From Octopus bimaculoides (lineage: Eukaryota): 64,000 nucleotides of DNA. Below, in pieces: positions 62,805-64,000 of this stretch. Every line of letters starts with the position of its first letter. Within the stretch, counting starts at the first letter, position 1. A model generated the notes under the pieces. The model was not told where the DNA came from and searched no databases. It was given only the letters and a program-made list of their open reading frames with translations. The stretch spans positions 11,761,643 through 11,825,642 of the forward strand of contig NC_068983.1 of NCBI RefSeq assembly GCF_001194135.2, in the 5' to 3' direction. A program made the translations under genes and the position numbers.

Positions 62805-63009
62805 TGTGTGATAAGTAGCTTGCTTACAAACCACAAGGTTCCAGGTTCAGTCTCGCTGCGTGGCACCTTAGGCAAGTGTCTTCCACTACAGCCTCGGGTC
62901 TACCAAAGCCTTGTGAGTGGATTTAGTATACGGAAACTGAAAGAAGCCCGTCGTAGATATGTATGTGTGTGTGTGTGTGTGCGTGCGCGTGTGTGCGTGT
63001 GTGTGTGTA

Positions 63010-63049
<40 letters not shown>

Positions 63050-63258
63050 TGTATTTGTCCCCCCACCATCGTGTGACAACCGATGTTAGTGTGTTTACGT
63101 CCCCGTAACTTAGCAGTTCGGCAAAACAGACCGATAGAATAAGTACGAAGGTTTAAAAAAAAAGGTAAGTACTGGGGTTGATTTATACAACTAAAATTTC
63201 TCCATGACGGTGCCCCAGCATAGCCACTGTCTAATGACAGAAACAAGTAAAAGATATA
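62805..63258 (+). mobile_element. SINE-A copy
   Basis: Collinear with 14174-14583. Confidence 0.88.
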
Positions 63259-63349
63259 AACTTTTGGTAAGCTATCTCATTACAAGTTTAAAAGAGTGAC
63301 TGGTGAGAAGCATCTGGAAAGAAATGGTTGTCGGAACATCTTGAAATAC

Positions 63350-63400
63350 CTGTGTTTGCTTAATTTGTGTCTTGTCAAGTAAGAAAGTACCGCAGAAAAC
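63350..63400 (-). CDS. Candidate 51-nt second exon
   Basis: Acceptor ctttctataacAG, donor CAG|GTATTT, phase 0-0, VFCGTFLLDKTQIKQTQ in frame with the 63757-63867 candidate. Confidence 0.15.
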
Positions 63401-63756
63401 CTGTTATAGAAAGGCATCTGATTCTATTCTCCTTCTCATTCATGACTAGTGAAGTCACTGCTCTTTTTAAAACTAGCTACCACCTCTGTTGCTGGCATTA
63501 AAAGGTTTTTACAAGTACCATTTTGATTTAGGTCTCTTAAAAGACCTGGTCATTAATTCTAAAACTTGTAACTGAATTTAGGAAAATTATGTCTGACGTG
63601 ATAAATATTTCAAGAAGAAACCTCTACCTATGTTTATTTTGACAGTAAACAATTATAATTTCTTTTCACACAAATGCAATGTTTATGGTTACAGCAGCAA
63701 GCAATACTTATGTAGTGTTATGTATAACTATAATATAACGAAGGGTGAGAACTTAC

Positions 63757-63867
63757 CCTATATTTTCCGAAGGTGGCGAGATAAACGTTTGACAACGACC
63801 GTTTGGCAGAAGGGTCGGACCGTTCACCACCTACTTTGAAATAATTGAGACTGGACATAATCTCCAT
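63757..63867 (-). CDS. Candidate first coding exon of an unidentified gene
   Basis: TAG immediately before ATG 63867; 37 codons MEIMSSLNYFKVGGERSDPSAKRSLSNVYLATFGKYR; donor AGG|GTAAGT; CpG-rich. No recognised homology. Confidence 0.25.
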
Positions 63868-64000
63868 CTATGAACATTTACTTCCCTGTTTGAACACTTT
63901 GTTGTTGCGATCAGAAGTTTACCCCTTTTTCTTATATTATAATTTGTCTGATCGTAACAGTAGCCTATAATTCCTTTGTGGCTACTCCAAATATCTGTAT

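Noticed and set aside
1378-63246. ORFs rich in IY/YI, HT/TH, CV/VC, SL or poly-L/I/T/N (e.g. 21150-21677, 42258-42638, 44346-44981, 52336-52770)
   Set aside because: Translations of (TA)n, (CA)n, (GA)n and trinucleotide microsatellites.

Overview
This is AT-rich, microsatellite-dense metazoan DNA with 13 N-gaps (914-1229, 6371-6590, 13107-13532, 14585-15407, 20168-20300, 27978-28275, 29651-29679, 34642-34662, 43741-44060, 49518-49835, 52922-52931, 53177-53638, 56981-57071). The SINE/LINE repertoire looks like an Octopus (coleoid cephalopod) short-read assembly; that call is inferred from repeat types, not from a search. The only host gene I recognise is the first coding exon of the presynaptic active-zone protein RIM (RIMS1/2, unc-10 family) on the minus strand at 3341-3208. 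The ORF track missed it, and the rest of the gene runs off the left edge. The remaining ~60 kb is mostly mobile-element debris: several tRNA-derived SINE families (working labels A-E are mine), RTE, CR1-like, R4/Dong-like and Penelope-like retroelement fragments, Ty3/Gypsy remnants, a solo LTR, two mariner copies, a DD41D Tc1/mariner element, hAT and piggyBac-type MITEs, and long palindromic elements. The most interesting signal is a set of minimal hammerhead-ribozyme-like motifs of the Penelope type. Two lie in copies of a tRNA-headed SINE, and one carries a 3-nt core insertion. Also notable are asymmetric palindromic elements with mirror-homogenised arms, and a CpG mosaic plus candidate minus-strand exons that hint at an unannotated transcription unit. 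Nearly all listed ORFs are microsatellite, gap or repeat artefacts. No CRISPR or rRNA is present.
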